From: Vicugna vicugna | Taxonomy: Eukaryota | Reading direction: 5' to 3' | Assembly: GCA_013265495.1 (NCBI GenBank) | Contig: MU057416.1 | Location: 180,545-244,544, forward strand | Length of the DNA: 64,000 bases | Shown: positions 49,497-62,282 of the stretch, piece after piece | Layout: every line of letters starts with the position of its first letter | Position numbering within the stretch: position 1 is the stretch's first letter | Made by a program: the position numbers and the translations under genes | The notes under the pieces: model-generated | Told to the model about the DNA's origin: nothing | Database searches by the model: none | The model's input: the letters and a program-made list of their open reading frames with translations, nothing else

Positions 49497-51226
49497 GTAA
49501 GTTTGTTTAATTAAAGGCAATGTCTATCACTTTAGAAAAGCTCTTAAATTATTTCCTTCTTTATTCCAAGCTTCCAACACTCCCTAGCGAGCTAAACTCC
49601 CTGACTCTGGTTCCTTGCCAGTGGTTGTCTCCTGTTCTTAAAAGCCAAGATCCTTCAGGGCAAGGAGCTTTGGCGTCATACTTGGACCTGGTTCTGAGGA
49701 CCCGGGTTGATGGTTACTAGCGAAACAGTTCACTTCAGTTTGGGATTTTATACAGTGATAGGATTACGAGTTTGTCTTGGGCTCGGGGGAGGATTCAGGG
49801 TGATGAGAAATATGAAATGTGAATAATACCTCACAGCTAATCAAGAAGAGAACGGTCCTCCTGTCTGTCTGTCTCTGTCTCTCTGTCTTGCCAGGGTTCA
49901 GCTCAGAGCAGGTGCTTGAGAACAGCTTGTGCCCATCCTTTTCCCATTATTCTTCCTGTGTTCTCAGTGGAAGCAAGGTCCTTCTTCATGGCCAGGGCTC
50001 CTGCCTCCAAGTGTTCCTAGATCTCACCGCTGGGGTCCCTGCCTTCGGTGGCTCTCCGCACATTCAGAGTGAACGTCCACCTTCGTGTGTTTGCTTGACT
50101 AATATGACCCCGCGTGACCAGGTTTCTCATGTGTTACTGCTTCCTCGCACTGTTCACTAAGTAACATGCCAGCATACGCAGCTTTTCAAGCACACGTTTC
50201 TTGCGGGCCCCATCTTCCCTCCTGCTCTCCTTCCTCTCCCCTTGGAATCCCACGCCATCCTCACCCAGCGCCGCCGCCTCCATCAGTCTGTCCATGCCCT
50301 GCTCCCAAGTTAAGATGCAAACAGAGTCACCTCCTCCGGACACCTCTCCTGTGCCTACAGTCTGAACTGACTTCTCTGTCCTTTTCCTCCGTGTTATTCT
50401 GTGCATGATCTTATTTTAGGTGTTTTTCCTGTTTTCTGTGGTTCCTGCTTATGCCTGTGTCCACGTTGGATCCTAGGGTCCCCAAAGCTTAGCGTTTGTA
50501 TCCCTAGTGCCTGGGACAGTGTCTTAAGCTAAGTAAGGGCTTCGTAATTTTTGTTGCACTAAAAAAAAATGAGTGAATATATTAATGGGTGTTGAAAAGA
50601 TATATTCACCAGTCAGTGGCATCTATTTAAATAAAGGGGAGCGTGAGACTACACTCTCATTTTCACACTAAGGAGGCATCGTTACCCATAATCTTACAAA
50701 AGCGGAGGAATGATGTCACCTGTGGTCTCCAAGTACGATGTTCTGCATGTCGAGAGAAAGAGGCCATCCAGTACTCCGTTTCAGAAAGCAAGGGGGTGAT
50801 AAAGCAGGAGAAGGAATGTGTCAGGTGCACTGTGCATTTTTTTGCTGCGTAATTCAACAATCACCGAGGCCCTGCTCATGACAAGTGTGACACAGGGATC
50901 CGGATCTGTGGTGATGATCAAAACAGACAGGGCTTTGCTATCATGGGATTTACAGTCCAGTTAGGAAGACAGACAGACATGAATCCAGCAATCATATAAA
51001 TACAAGCTTACAAGCCGGGGTCCTTGCTAGGGCGGTGACATAGACGGAATTATGAAAGAGTGACATGGAGGCCCCCGGTGTGTCCTTTTCCTTTTTTATG
51101 TTCCTGGGGATATTTTGTTGGTGATTTGCTATTTTTTTAAAGTACGTGTTGAGTTTGTATTACGCAATGTAGGTTTATTCGTTCTGAAAACTAAAGGACA
51201 ATCTTCGTGGTTTAATTTTCTTTCAG

Positions 51227-51445
51227 AAAATAAATATGAAGACATCCATGTGCGTTACTCTTACAACAAGGATAACAAAACATACGACGCAACACTTACT
51301 GTTGGTGATAATGTGACATGTGACCCCCTTGAGTGTAGGAACAAGCAGCTGTTTGGTCTGGAGACATGCACAGATCACACTATAGAGATAAAACATGAGT
51401 CATGTGGTGATCCACCTAAATCTCTACAATTAGAAGTTCCACCAG
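51227..51445 (+). CDS. PTPRC: PTPRC exon 9, 219 nt, Cys-rich domain d1: ENKYEDIHVRYSYNKDNKTYDATLTVGDNVTCDPLECRNKQLFGLETCTDHTIEIKHESCGDPPKSLQLEVPP
   Basis: TTTCAG|AA acceptor, CCAG|GTAAAT donor. Four Cys with the same spacing as human d1; ends LEVPP. Confidence 0.96.
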
Positions 51446-52565
51446 GTAAATGTCCATTGATTTCTGTCTGTGTATTTACAACAGGGCAGTTTTGCGTGTG
51501 GCGCCTCCCAGTGGTCACAGGAATCAGTAGGTGGGAGAACAGGCCAGCGGGGTGGACTTCCCACTCCCCTGACCCAGTGACAACAGAACCGCCCACAAGC
51601 CTCTGCGTTTGTCCCGTTAATCCAACAACCGAGTGAACACCCGCCTCCCTGCGCTTCATGAGGGCAGCTCACGTCGATGAGATGTGGCTCCTCCTGAGCG
51701 AGTGCTCAGCTTTCTCCTCCTCTACCTAATTCAAGTTGTTCGACACGGATGTGCCCACAGCAGCCCTTCTAAATCCAAGTGTGGCTGCAGTATCTTGGAG
51801 GGGAAACGGAAAGGCGAAGGTTTGATGTTTGTGGAAGGAGCAAAAGTGCGCTCACCCCCAAAGCTGAGTCACGGGCACGTCAGAGCGCTCAGGGCGGCTT
51901 CCGGGGACGAAGGGGCGACCCCCGGAGCCCGCTCCACAGAGGCCGCCTCAACGACACGCGCTTTCCAGGAGGGATCCGCGGACTGCGTGAACTTGCTGAA
52001 TCTCTCTCCTCTGTGAACAATCCAAGAGCGCTGATTGGCTTGCTAATGTTTGAACAGGTCAAAGTCTGGTGTTTTTGAAAAAATGCCACTTAACTTACTC
52101 ACTTTTTCTAAATGTTTCTGAAATACATTACCAATTAAAAATAGAAAATGACTACTTAAAAAAATAACATTTCCCAAGAGGGAAGACTGCAAGCTCTGTG
52201 TAATGATCATTCAATAAAACAATCAAAGTGTAAGCGAAAATTTGGAGATATAAGTAAGAAAACAAAATGGAATGAGTGTTTTAAAATGGGCAAAAAAAAT
52301 GCAATTTTATCTGGACGTTTGCTTGAGTACCATTTCTTCAATGTAGCATAAATTCTAAATGAAATGCTGCTAAAATGTGTGACGTTCAAAAAGAATAAAC
52401 TAAACATTCAAGAAATGCAAAACCCTGAGAGGCCTTAGACTTTTTCAAAAGTAACCTAGATTCTTGCCAAACTCTGTGTGCTGAATGTAGTTTCAAAGAC
52501 GATCTCGGAGCCTACAGAACAGCACTAAGTACTCGTCACCTATTTTTACATCTTCTTCTTGACAG

Positions 52566-52697
52566 ATCCTGAACATTTTCAGTTTCGTCACGATTGTGTG
52601 GAGCCTGTAAAAGCAAATACATCTCTTTGTTTAATTTGGAGAGAAAGTGAAAGCAGCGCTTGTGATGCAAATAAAATTACATACAAATTCCAGTGCG
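52566..52697 (+). CDS. PTPRC: PTPRC exon 10, 132 nt, first half of d2: DPEHFQFRHDCVEPVKANTSLCLIWRESESSACDANKITYKFQC
   Basis: TTGACAG|AT acceptor, GCG|GTAAGA donor. FQ..HDC....KA.T..CL.W…CD…ITY.FQC pattern of CD45. Confidence 0.95.
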
Positions 52698-53510
52698 GTA
52701 AGAGTCTGGCGTTGACCAGAAGAGGTTTTCCTCTATGGTGGGAAGTTTCTCTAGGTGTTACCTAATCCGGCCTCCCTCTCTCCCTCCCTCCCTCCCCCTC
52801 CCCTCTCTTCCTTCTTACCTTTATTTCTTCTATTTTTCTTCCTTTTTCCATTCTGTCTGTCTGTCTCTGTCTCTCTCTCTTTCCTTCATAGCCCATGATG
52901 TGTTTGGAATCAAATCACTGTATTCTCTATACCCTTCACATTCACCAAATAGACAAATACTCCCCCTGAAAAATGATTTTTGAAATAGTAATATCAAATA
53001 ATTTGTAAGAATTTTCTTGGCAACTGTTATACATGGGCATTGTTGAAAATCAGGGGAAAGAGTTATAAAAAATCGTGACACGCGTACTGCTAGAGCGAAA
53101 GCCCTGAGACCCGTGGGCCCAAGGGCTTGCCTTGCTGGCCCTCCCTCAGCACCACCATGAGCAGCTGCCAGCAGACTTGGATCAGAGAAGAGTAGGAAAA
53201 GGGTGCTAAGTGCTTCTAGGAATGGGAATTTGGGTTCATGGGAGGGGGGACAATTGAGATAACATTTGGTTTTAATGATGACTGATTTAATAACTTTTAA
53301 TTTCCTTTCATTTGTATTTATGGAGATGAAATCTCCCTCTCCTGGCAGAAAGCCATCTGCTACGCCATAGTTGGCAAGATGGACAGACGGACACAAACAC
53401 ACACACTCTCACACAAAGGCTGGAGTATGATGCTGGTCGTAATCGTCATGTTATGGGAAAGATGCTCCACTTAGATGCAAGCAATACGAGGCAAACACGA
53501 GTAAACTTAT

Positions 53511-53793
53511 GACAGACTGATGAGAAAACACTGATCTAAGACGTAGAAAACAAACTTATGGCTACCAAAAGGGAAGGTGGGGGAGAGATAAATTAGGAGT
53601 TTGGGATTAATAGACACACACTACTATACATAAAATACATTAACAACAAGGACCTATTGTAGAGCACACGGAACTATGTTCAATATCTTGTAATAGCCTA
53701 TAATGGAAGGGAATCTGAAAAAGAATATATCACTTTGCTGTACACCTGAAACATTGTAAATCAACTGTACTTCAATTAAAACATGTAAAAAAA
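53511..53793 (+). mobile_element. L1 3' end
   Basis: AAAACAAACTTATGGCTACCAAAAGGG…ATAAATTAGGAGTTTGGGATTAA…CACTTTGCTGTACACCTGAAAC. Confidence 0.87.
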
Positions 53794-54119
53794 CCCAACG
53801 ACCTAGGATATCTACAAGGTAAAGAGTAACTCAAGTGCAATCTCAGTTTCTGAACAGAGAGTAGTGAGCTGACGCCTCATTCCATCAGGTAAATGAGAGA
53901 CACTGTCAAATTTAGTTTTACTGCCTAACATTTTCTTTACAATTGAGTATGGCAAACGCATACACTGTTATAGCAGGTTTCAGAATTTTTACTTCTTGTT
54001 TTGGCCTTTTGCATAGGTTTTTAATCTAACAGATAATAAGTATAGATACAAGTACAAAATAAAATTCAAATGTGATGTGTTACAATCGTGTACTCACATG
54101 CAATCCTTACTTCTTTTAG

Positions 54120-54278
54120 GTGACTACACTCCGCAAAATAGCAGTGGACAAATTAGTAGTAACAAATTTGAATTCAAAGACCTTGAACCTGAAAGGAATT
54201 ACACTTGTAGTTCACAACTATACTATAATAACCTGACTATTACTAACAAAACTGTAACTATTACAACAGATTTTGGAG
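54120..54278 (+). CDS. PTPRC: PTPRC exon 11, 159 nt, second half of d2: GDYTPQNSSGQISSNKFEFKDLEPERNYTCSSQLYYNNLTITNKTVTITTDFG
   Basis: TTTTAG|GT acceptor, GAG|GTGAGT donor. LEPE..Y.C.S...YNN....N....I.TDFG FN3 pattern. Confidence 0.95.
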
Positions 54279-54649
54279 GTGAGTATATTACTTACTTTTA
54301 TATGTTAAATTTCTTTTCCTTTCATGTTCTTATGATTCTTTGAGAATCACAGAAAATGCTGTTATGGATTTGGAGAAAGGGTTTCAGAATATGGATTTGA
54401 ATCAATCTTTAAAGTAGAATTTAGAAATAAATGACAGAGGATCCAAACCTCCATCAAGTTGTGTGTGTGTGTGTGCACGCGCACAAATTAAAGGCTGTGG
54501 TGAGGTTGTGGTGGAAACAAAACTGTGAGATGAGTGAAATGCTTGTTCACTCATTTCTCGATTCATTTCCTCTCTTCCTGTAGCATCCTTCTCTCGTTGG
54601 TGTGTCCCACACCCTCTGCCTCTCTAGCAAATCCTGCCTCTGATAGAAG

Positions 54650-57600
54650 CACAGCGCGCACATAAGCTAATAAAACACCGTGGTAAAGCTAAGGATTGAT
54701 GGCAAATAATAATTGTTACTAAAATGCCAGCAATATAAACTACTGATAACAATTGGAAAATAAAATTCTGGAAAACAACAGCAGTTAGAAGGTGAGGGGA
54801 GAGAAAAGTGAAAAGTGCTAAGGCTTCAGTCTTACTTAGTAGAATTAGAGAATCTGGTTAAATTTACAATCTGCTAGGAAAATATGTCCTTTGTACATAA
54901 GACAATTTATAAGTAACTACTATAAAACGTGAGAGAAAGAGGTAAGTAGATGGCATTGTTTATAAGCAGTAGAAGAAAGCTATGGCATAAAAAATTCTAC
55001 ATGTTAAAAGAGGAAAAGGAGAAAGAAGAAGAGGAAAGAAAGAGGAGGGAGAGAGAGAGTGTGTTGGAGAGAGGGAGAGAGAGAGAAAGGAGAGGAAGGG
55101 GACAGGAGAGGAAGAAGAAAAAGGTGGCAGGGAGGGAGGAGAGAGAGAACACTAAGTAGGAAACAGAATGTAAGATAGCAGAAACAGGTCACAGTGTATC
55201 AAAGGTCACTATAAATATAAATGGCTTAAATTCACCTTTTGAAACAAAGATATTCAGGCTTGAGTAAAGACCTATTTGGAGGGAATTTGTAGCTTTAAGG
55301 AAGATCAAGTGACATTTTAGGGGAACTTTTTATCGCTTTGCTATTTATTGAATGAAAATCAGTGGAGAGTGCTTGGAAAAGAACCAAAAACAAATGCAAA
55401 GATAGTAGAAAGGAGAGAATAACAAAGTTTAGAGGACAAATTATTGAAAGAAGGAACAAACAAAAATATCAATAATTTATTAACACATTTAAAGACTTGT
55501 TTATTAAAAGAATACTAAAATAGATCTCTAGCAAAATGACCCCTCCTCCAAGGATGAAAAAAAAAAGAAAATTAAAAATACAGAAAAAATTTTACAGACT
55601 AGGAAGAAACTTTGCATCCAATCTAAAAAGTTAGATAAAATGGATAACTTTCTAGAACATATGATTTATGGACATTTATCTAGAAAGCGTTAGAAAATTG
55701 GAGTTAAAATTATAGTTCAGTACCTCTCCACTCACTTCACACTCCCTGTCTGCTTGTATCGCCTGCCCTTTAAAAAAGAAAAACCATAAAAGCAAATTTG
55801 CCAATATTCAAAGAGCAGTTACTTCCTATCTTATCCAAACTACCCCACAGTACAGAAAACATGGAAATCTATCAACTCGGTTGATTACTGTTCGATTTGG
55901 GATAGGCCTAAGGTTAGTGCTATGTGGATGCAAAACTTGGGCAACTATAGAGCAGTCTTTTCTATGAACACAGATACTAAATCTGTATTTAATGAAGTGG
56001 ACCCTTCAGTACATTATCAAGTATATAGTTGCCAAAGAAGATGTACAGATGTCAAATAAGCATATGAGAAGATGCTCCACGTCACGTGTAATCAGGAAAA
56101 TTAAAACTAAAATAACAATTAGGGATCACTGCACACCTTTAGACTGGCCAGAATCCAGAACACTGACATCAGCAAATGTTGGAGAGGATGGGGAACAGCA
56201 AGCACTCGCATTCATTGCTGGTGGGAATGCAGAAGAGTGTGTCACTTTGGAAGACATTTTGACAGGTCCTGTTAAACTCAGCATAATCTCACCATGCAAT
56301 CCAGTCGCCACACTCCTTGGTATTTACCCAAAGGGGCTGAAATCTCACGTCCACATAAAAACCCTCACATGGATGTTTACAGCAGCTTTGTTCGTCATAG
56401 GATCTTTTGACAGAACGTACTAAAGTGATTCTGATTTCATGTGGAAGGATGGAGAGCTGGTGATGAAAGGGCTTCCTAAATCCACATCTCCCAGTCACCC
56501 CCAAAAACTCAAAACCACGAGAAAAAAAAATAAAACTACAGAAACACTATGTCCCCAGCATAACTAGAAAAATTGAATGGTTTTTGGACATTAAGTACTA
56601 AAATTAGTATAGTCTTTATAAATCACTGTGACAAAGTAGAAATCCCAGGAAAAAAATCTTTCATTTTTTATAAAAGTACAAACGCAATTCAGTGGAAGAA
56701 GGAATTTCTTTTTTAAACAAATGATCCAGTTATCCCTTTAGGGGAAAAAAAAATCAGCCTTTAAATCTCAACAAACACAAAAATTAACTCAAAATGGATT
56801 GCAGGCCTAAACACTAAAGCTAAAACTATAAAATGTCTAGACAAAGACATTAGAGAAAATCTTTGCTGTTTTAGTGTAGGCAACGGTTTCTTAGATGGAC
56901 ACAAAAAACAACAATCATAAAAGAAAAAAATTTAGAAATCAGACTTCATCAAAATTAAACATTCTTGCTCTTTGAGTAAACCCATTAAGGACATAAAGAA
57001 AACAATCCACACATTATTAAAAAATATCCACAATTTTTTCAGCAAAGATAGTTTTGCCAGAATGTATACAGAACTCTCCCCAAAACAAAATAAGCCATCA
57101 AGTAACACAATTAAAAATGGGCAAGCAGTTTGAACACGTGCTTCACAGAATATACTGTAACGGCCAATAAGCTCATAAAAATAGGCCCCATATCATTAGT
57201 CACCCAGGAAATGCAAATGAAAGCAACAGTAAGATGGCGACGCTGCACACCAACTCAGATGGCTAAAATTAAAAAAAACACAAACAAAACCTGACAATAC
57301 TGCTGGTGAGAATGCAGAGTAATAAGCCAGAAATTTCACTCCAGGTATTTACCAACGAGGAAAGGACATGTCCCTAGAAAGACTTCCACACAGATACGCA
57401 TAGTAGCCTCACTCACAGTGGCCAAAAACCTGGAAGCCACTCAAGCGTCCACCGAAGCTGGATGAACACGGAACATGTGGTCTGCCCTTACGGCGGAATG
57501 CTGCTCACAAGTAAAAGGACTGACCACTGACACGCAAAACATGGATGGCTCTTTGGACCATCACGTGGAGTGCAACCTGCTAGACGCAGAAAAGCATTCA

Positions 57601-57850
57601 TTGTTTGGTTTCACGTCTATGAAGTGGAAGAAACAACTAACTTCATCAGTAGTAACGGAGGGCAGTTCGGAGAGTGTTTGGGTTTGGACAAGGGGCCTGG
57701 GTTGACTGGGAAAGGGCAGAGAGCTTCCTTCCTATGACAGGAATGTTTCATGTCTGATCATGATGGTGGTTATAGAGATGCATGTATTTGTCAAAACTCA
57801 TCAAACTACACCCCAACGAGTATGTTTCAGTGTAAATTACACCTCACAAT
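54650..57850 (+). mobile_element. Cluster of old, fragmented L1 (L1M-type) including two ORF2 C-terminal remnants
   Basis: ORF 55992-56423 (KEDVQMSNKHMRRCSTS.VIR…LLGIYPK…T.MFTAALFVI) is a decayed L1 ORF2 C-terminus. A second copy of the same region lies near 57100-57450. A-rich. Boundaries approximate. Confidence 0.8.
55005..55150. repeat. GA-rich low-complexity tract
   Basis: Almost purely purine (GAGA/GGAA) stretch; explains the E/R/K-rich spurious ORF. Confidence 0.9.
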
Positions 57851-58297
57851 TTTGACGTGAGCATTGATTACATGCTTCATCTCAAGTTCTGATGGCTGGC
57901 TACTGGGAGTGATGACCAGTGCTACTCCAAATGAGGACTGTTCCATTCATCAACACTACCAGTGACAGATTTTCAGCACGGTGAAATCTGGAAATGACCA
58001 GACAGCTGGACAGCAGCAATAACATAACAATGCAGTAATGATGGGAGGGAGACAGCGTTTTCAGGTCTCTTCAAGTCGGGGGAACACGTGGGCTCCGCGG
58101 TGCCACCCGGAGCGACATTCACTCTGTTAAATGACCTCTGCTGCAACCCTATTAAGACCAGTTCTCTTTCTTTTAATTTCATTATTAATTCATAATTAAA
58201 ATCAAAATCTGGCAATTTAATAGTGCATGCTAATAATGTGAAGGATGTTTTCTCCATGCCTTGGTTTTCATATTTTATATTCTTATTCTTTTAACAG

Positions 58298-58417
58298 ACC
58301 CAGGAGCCCCTAAGTCTCTCAATTATTCTAATGTAAGTGCAACTGATGCACAGCTCTCCTGGGAACCACCTGAGAGGACTTCTCACGGGTTCACTCTCTG
58401 TTACCGGAATGCTTCAG
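58298..58417 (+). CDS. PTPRC: PTPRC exon 12, 120 nt, first half of FN3 d3: DPGAPKSLNYSNVSATDAQLSWEPPERTSHGFTLCYRNAS
   Basis: TTAACAG|AC acceptor, TCAG|GTAACT donor. PG.P…W.PP.R..H.FTLCY pattern. Not present in the ORF track. Confidence 0.95.
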
Positions 58418-61249
58418 GTAACTTGTATGGAATTTAATTCCACCTAGGAAAAGACGAGTCAAACGCGGGAAAGTGCTGACACGCGGGTTCAGCCGCAGAG
58501 GGTGCCACGGGCCTCCCTGCACAGCAGCTGGGGTGGGCGTCCTCGGCGCCTAGACGGCAGAGCTGCTTGCCCAGCTGTGGGCCCCCCAGCCTCGGAAGTG
58601 ACTGAAGCTCAGCGCCGCCCTGGTGCTTGCTTGTCTCTCTTGATTTCCTTAGTTCTCATCCTTACACCCCGCGGCCCAGAGAAAGAGAACCTCTGGGAAG
58701 ACGGCACACACACACCTGTCTGCCAAACGTTCCTTAAGTGAGCGACACTGGTTTGAATTCACAGTTCAGGACCACGAACAGACCACGTCCAGCGCTCACT
58801 TCAGCCGATACACATAGGAAACTGAGTGACTAGGAACGAACATGCACCCATTTAGCCACGGAGGCCAGTCTGATGACACGTAGAATCTTGGGGGCGTAGT
58901 TCTAGTTAGCGTTAAACTTCTCCAGAAATAAAGGTGGTCCAAAAAATGTGCCATGACTGGCTCAACCAGCAGGCTGGTTCCTCCAAATCAGAGGCCAGTT
59001 TAGAGAATAAACATGTCCTGGACAATTTATCCAAAATGCTTGTAGAGAACACTGAGCACCAGTGGGCCGTCTCTGAGCAGACTCAGCACCTGGGAGAGCC
59101 CCTTGCTAATCGTTTTCCTACAGCTTAAGGCAGGGTTCATGTTAGCATCTCCCCGAAGTCCATCTCTTTGGTGGGTGGGTAGGCGCCAGACCTAAATTTC
59201 AAATTTTGAAAAGTAGAAAACCTTTTATCTTCAGCGTGTTATTTCGTATTTTGATAAAATTTTGTTTTTGCTGGTTTCTTGAATCTTAATAATTGAACAA
59301 CTAAAGCAAAATTCAACACATGTGTGGTTTTCATATTACCCTAAGAGGACTCAGGTGCTGTGGAGGAGAAATCTGTGCAGTGTGTTTACAAAGTTACGTC
59401 TATGAGAAAGGAAGAATGCAAACTACAGGACGTTAAAACAGCGGGACGACTGGATGTCGTCTGCCTCACTAGGCACCTCCTGTACAAACTCTGTTTGATT
59501 TCTGTATGAGCACATCCTTTGAATTTCTTTTCTCTTCTCTGAATCTTCTACTCGCTGTCCCATTTGTATCTGGCGTACAAAATACTCACATATTATTCTG
59601 GTAGTTTTTATTACTTTTAATTAGGTCTTAAATTCCATTTCATGATTTCATCATCAATCACTTCAGTCACTGAAAGCTGCAAATTAAGAGGAGAGAAATG
59701 TAGTTGACATTTCTTTCGTTTCCTCTATGTTTTTATGACTATTTTAAGGTTTTGTTAAACATTTCAGTAATGACTCTGGGAGGAGAGGTCCGTGTTTATG
59801 TTCAGAGCTCAGACCACGTGGCTGAGGGTCACAGGACTTCAGATCAGTGCTCAAGTTCAACAGCTTGAACCGCGCTTTATTTGCTACTGTATTTTCATGT
59901 TTTGAGCACGAGACCCTTTGGGCAACTTCGGTGTCGTGTATGAACTTAACGACGCCAAGGGACAACGAAGGCTTCTCGGTACCGGGGGCGAGACCTCAAG
60001 TCACGGCTGCACTCAGAGGGCTGTTCTTCAGAAGTCATTGAAACCAACGTGCACCCCTCAGGGTCACAGCGACATTACCGGAAACGATTTTGTGTAATGC
60101 CTTTTTTTAAAGAGTAAAACTACCTCTTTTACTTTTTTTAAGAGCAGCTCAGATTGGGAAGTTGTTCATGGATTTCCTGAGGTGTTTTCTAAAAAGCAAA
60201 GAGGTGACAAATGTCCTCAGTCAGTGCCTTTCTAGCCATTTCCAGAGCCACAGGCATGACTTGAAATGAGGCATGTCCCTATTTCCCTAAAGAAAACAAA
60301 ATTTCAAGCACTGAGTCAAGTAAGTCCTTCACTTGTCCCACTCAGCCTGTGCTTCTGACTTCAGAGCCCTGAGGACAAGTGTTCCAGCACGTGGAGGAGG
60401 CGGAGAGGCTCATATGAAGTATACTGGCCTTTCTACCAAAGCTTGGAACCCTTGGCAATTGGAAATGAACACTGGGAACCAGCTTTCTAAGCACTGTACA
60501 CTTACATTCCCCAAATGGCAATATCTTTTGAAAAATGTATTGTTCAGAATTCAATCAACAATTTGACTTTTGTCAAGCTGGCTAAAAGCGTCACAGAGCA
60601 ACATAAATGAACCTTATTTTGAAGCTGAATTGTGAGGTTGTGAGGTTACACCCACAAACATACAAAATCGAGTCACTGAATGGAAGCCAGATGGACCTTG
60701 AGAATGACTTGTGGCTTGCAGCTGAGTTAGCAGTTCGTCCTTGTCCTTGCAGCCAGACCCCATATCAGGAGCTGGCAGAAGCTAGGAGTCGGGGGGCCAC
60801 CTGTCCCTCTGTAGAACTGCCCCTCTTCCTGTCCCCAGAGAGAACTCTCACTAGGGTCAGGGCAGAACTGAGTGGCAGATATAAGTTGATTAAGTCCAGC
60901 TTTGAGGATTTCTGAGAAAACAGACGCTTAACTGGGCTGGAGCAGGCACTCTGTCCCATCCACTGTTCAGCCTCCCACGGTGAGGTGGAGAGACGCCTGT
61001 AGCCTCCATTTCGTGAGTAAGTAACTGAGACGAGACATCAGCACGTGATAGATCTTTTCTCATGCTGTTTCTGCAAGTGCCTGGGCACATCCAGCTGGAC
61101 CAGAGAAGTCAAGTGTCCAAGAGTAAGAAAGAGCTGGCCCCTGTGCAGTCGTTGGTGCTCTTTCCTGTCCCGGGATGCACAGTGAAGCTTTGAGCAGAGC
61201 CTCAGTGTCCGGACCTCATCCTGGCTCTGTTCCTCCTTCCCCGTGAGAT

Positions 61250-61450
61250 CACGGGCAGACTGCGAATGTCTCTGAGGCTCAGTTTTCTCATCTGTAAAAC
61301 TGGATGACATCAAGAGTGCCAGCCTGTAGGGCTGTGGCGATGGCTCACGGATTCACGCAGACCACCTAGAGCCGCGCTCGGCACAGAGCGCCGTCTCCGC
61401 TTTGCTCTTACCGTGGTTGGCGCTGTTAGCAGCGGTGTCGTCACTGTAGC
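61250..61450 (+). mobile_element. MIR SINE with GC-shifted 3' half
   Basis: TCTCTGAGGCTCAGTTTTCTCATCTGTAAAACTGG core followed by a CpG-rich version of the MIR 3' part. Confidence 0.7.
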
Positions 61451-62282
61451 TGCTACTCAGTGACACGCTGCCTCTCTCATCTTTCTTTAGTCTGTCTTTC
61501 TTGGTGGCAGTTGGCTACTCGGAAACAGTCAGTGCCTAGAGACTTTTCAACTTAACAAATGCTCAGTCATCTGCCTGAATGTTTAAACGTATTTCAGCAA
61601 GGTGTCCTCTCTCCTATCCCCACCCAGGCAGACTCTGCTGTCCTGGTCGGGTTTGTGCCTAAAGTCAAAATGCTCCTTCCTTCACTAAAGTTTTCTTTTC
61701 TCCTTACACCTGCTCAGTTGCACTCATCTTCCAACGAACAGCTCAGGTCCTCCTGCCAGCGTGAAGCTTTCCCGCATTGTCTCAGCCCCCATTTGCTACT
61801 ATTGAGCTTAGGCCGTAGGACAGAGTGGACCAGTCTATTGCCGATCAAAAGAATTTGGCGTCTCAAGTCCACAACAGGAGCTAAAACCAATACTCAAAGT
61901 TTTGAGGTTAAGTATGGAAAAAAAAGATTTCACCAAAGTACCAGAAAAAAAGGCCTTTCACAATATGCACTGTGGGCTGTGTTTTCTCAGAAAGCAAGGA
62001 GACCATCTTCTCAGATATGCCTAAAATTATTAAATACGTCTTGCAGCGAATTAACTATAGGAAACCATAATCGTTGTACATTTGAGTCTATTGCTAGTAA
62101 TCGCGTGTGTTTGATCCATTTGCTAATAATTGTGTGCACTTCCGAGCACCAAGGATGTTTTTATTTCTCCATCATGCAGTTTTGGAGTTGGCTTGGAGTG
62201 ATTTAACGTAGCGACGAAATTAAGTGTGTGGTCTTCTTGACTTTTGATGACTTAATAAATGTTTTCTTTTTCTTCCCTTGAG

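Noticed and set aside
55992..56423. 143-aa ATG-initiated ORF
   Set aside because: Decayed L1 ORF2 C-terminus, not a host gene.
61559..62206. 215-aa ORF upstream of exon 13
   Set aside because: No recognisable domain, partly overlaps an L2-like remnant, and has no convincing exon boundaries.
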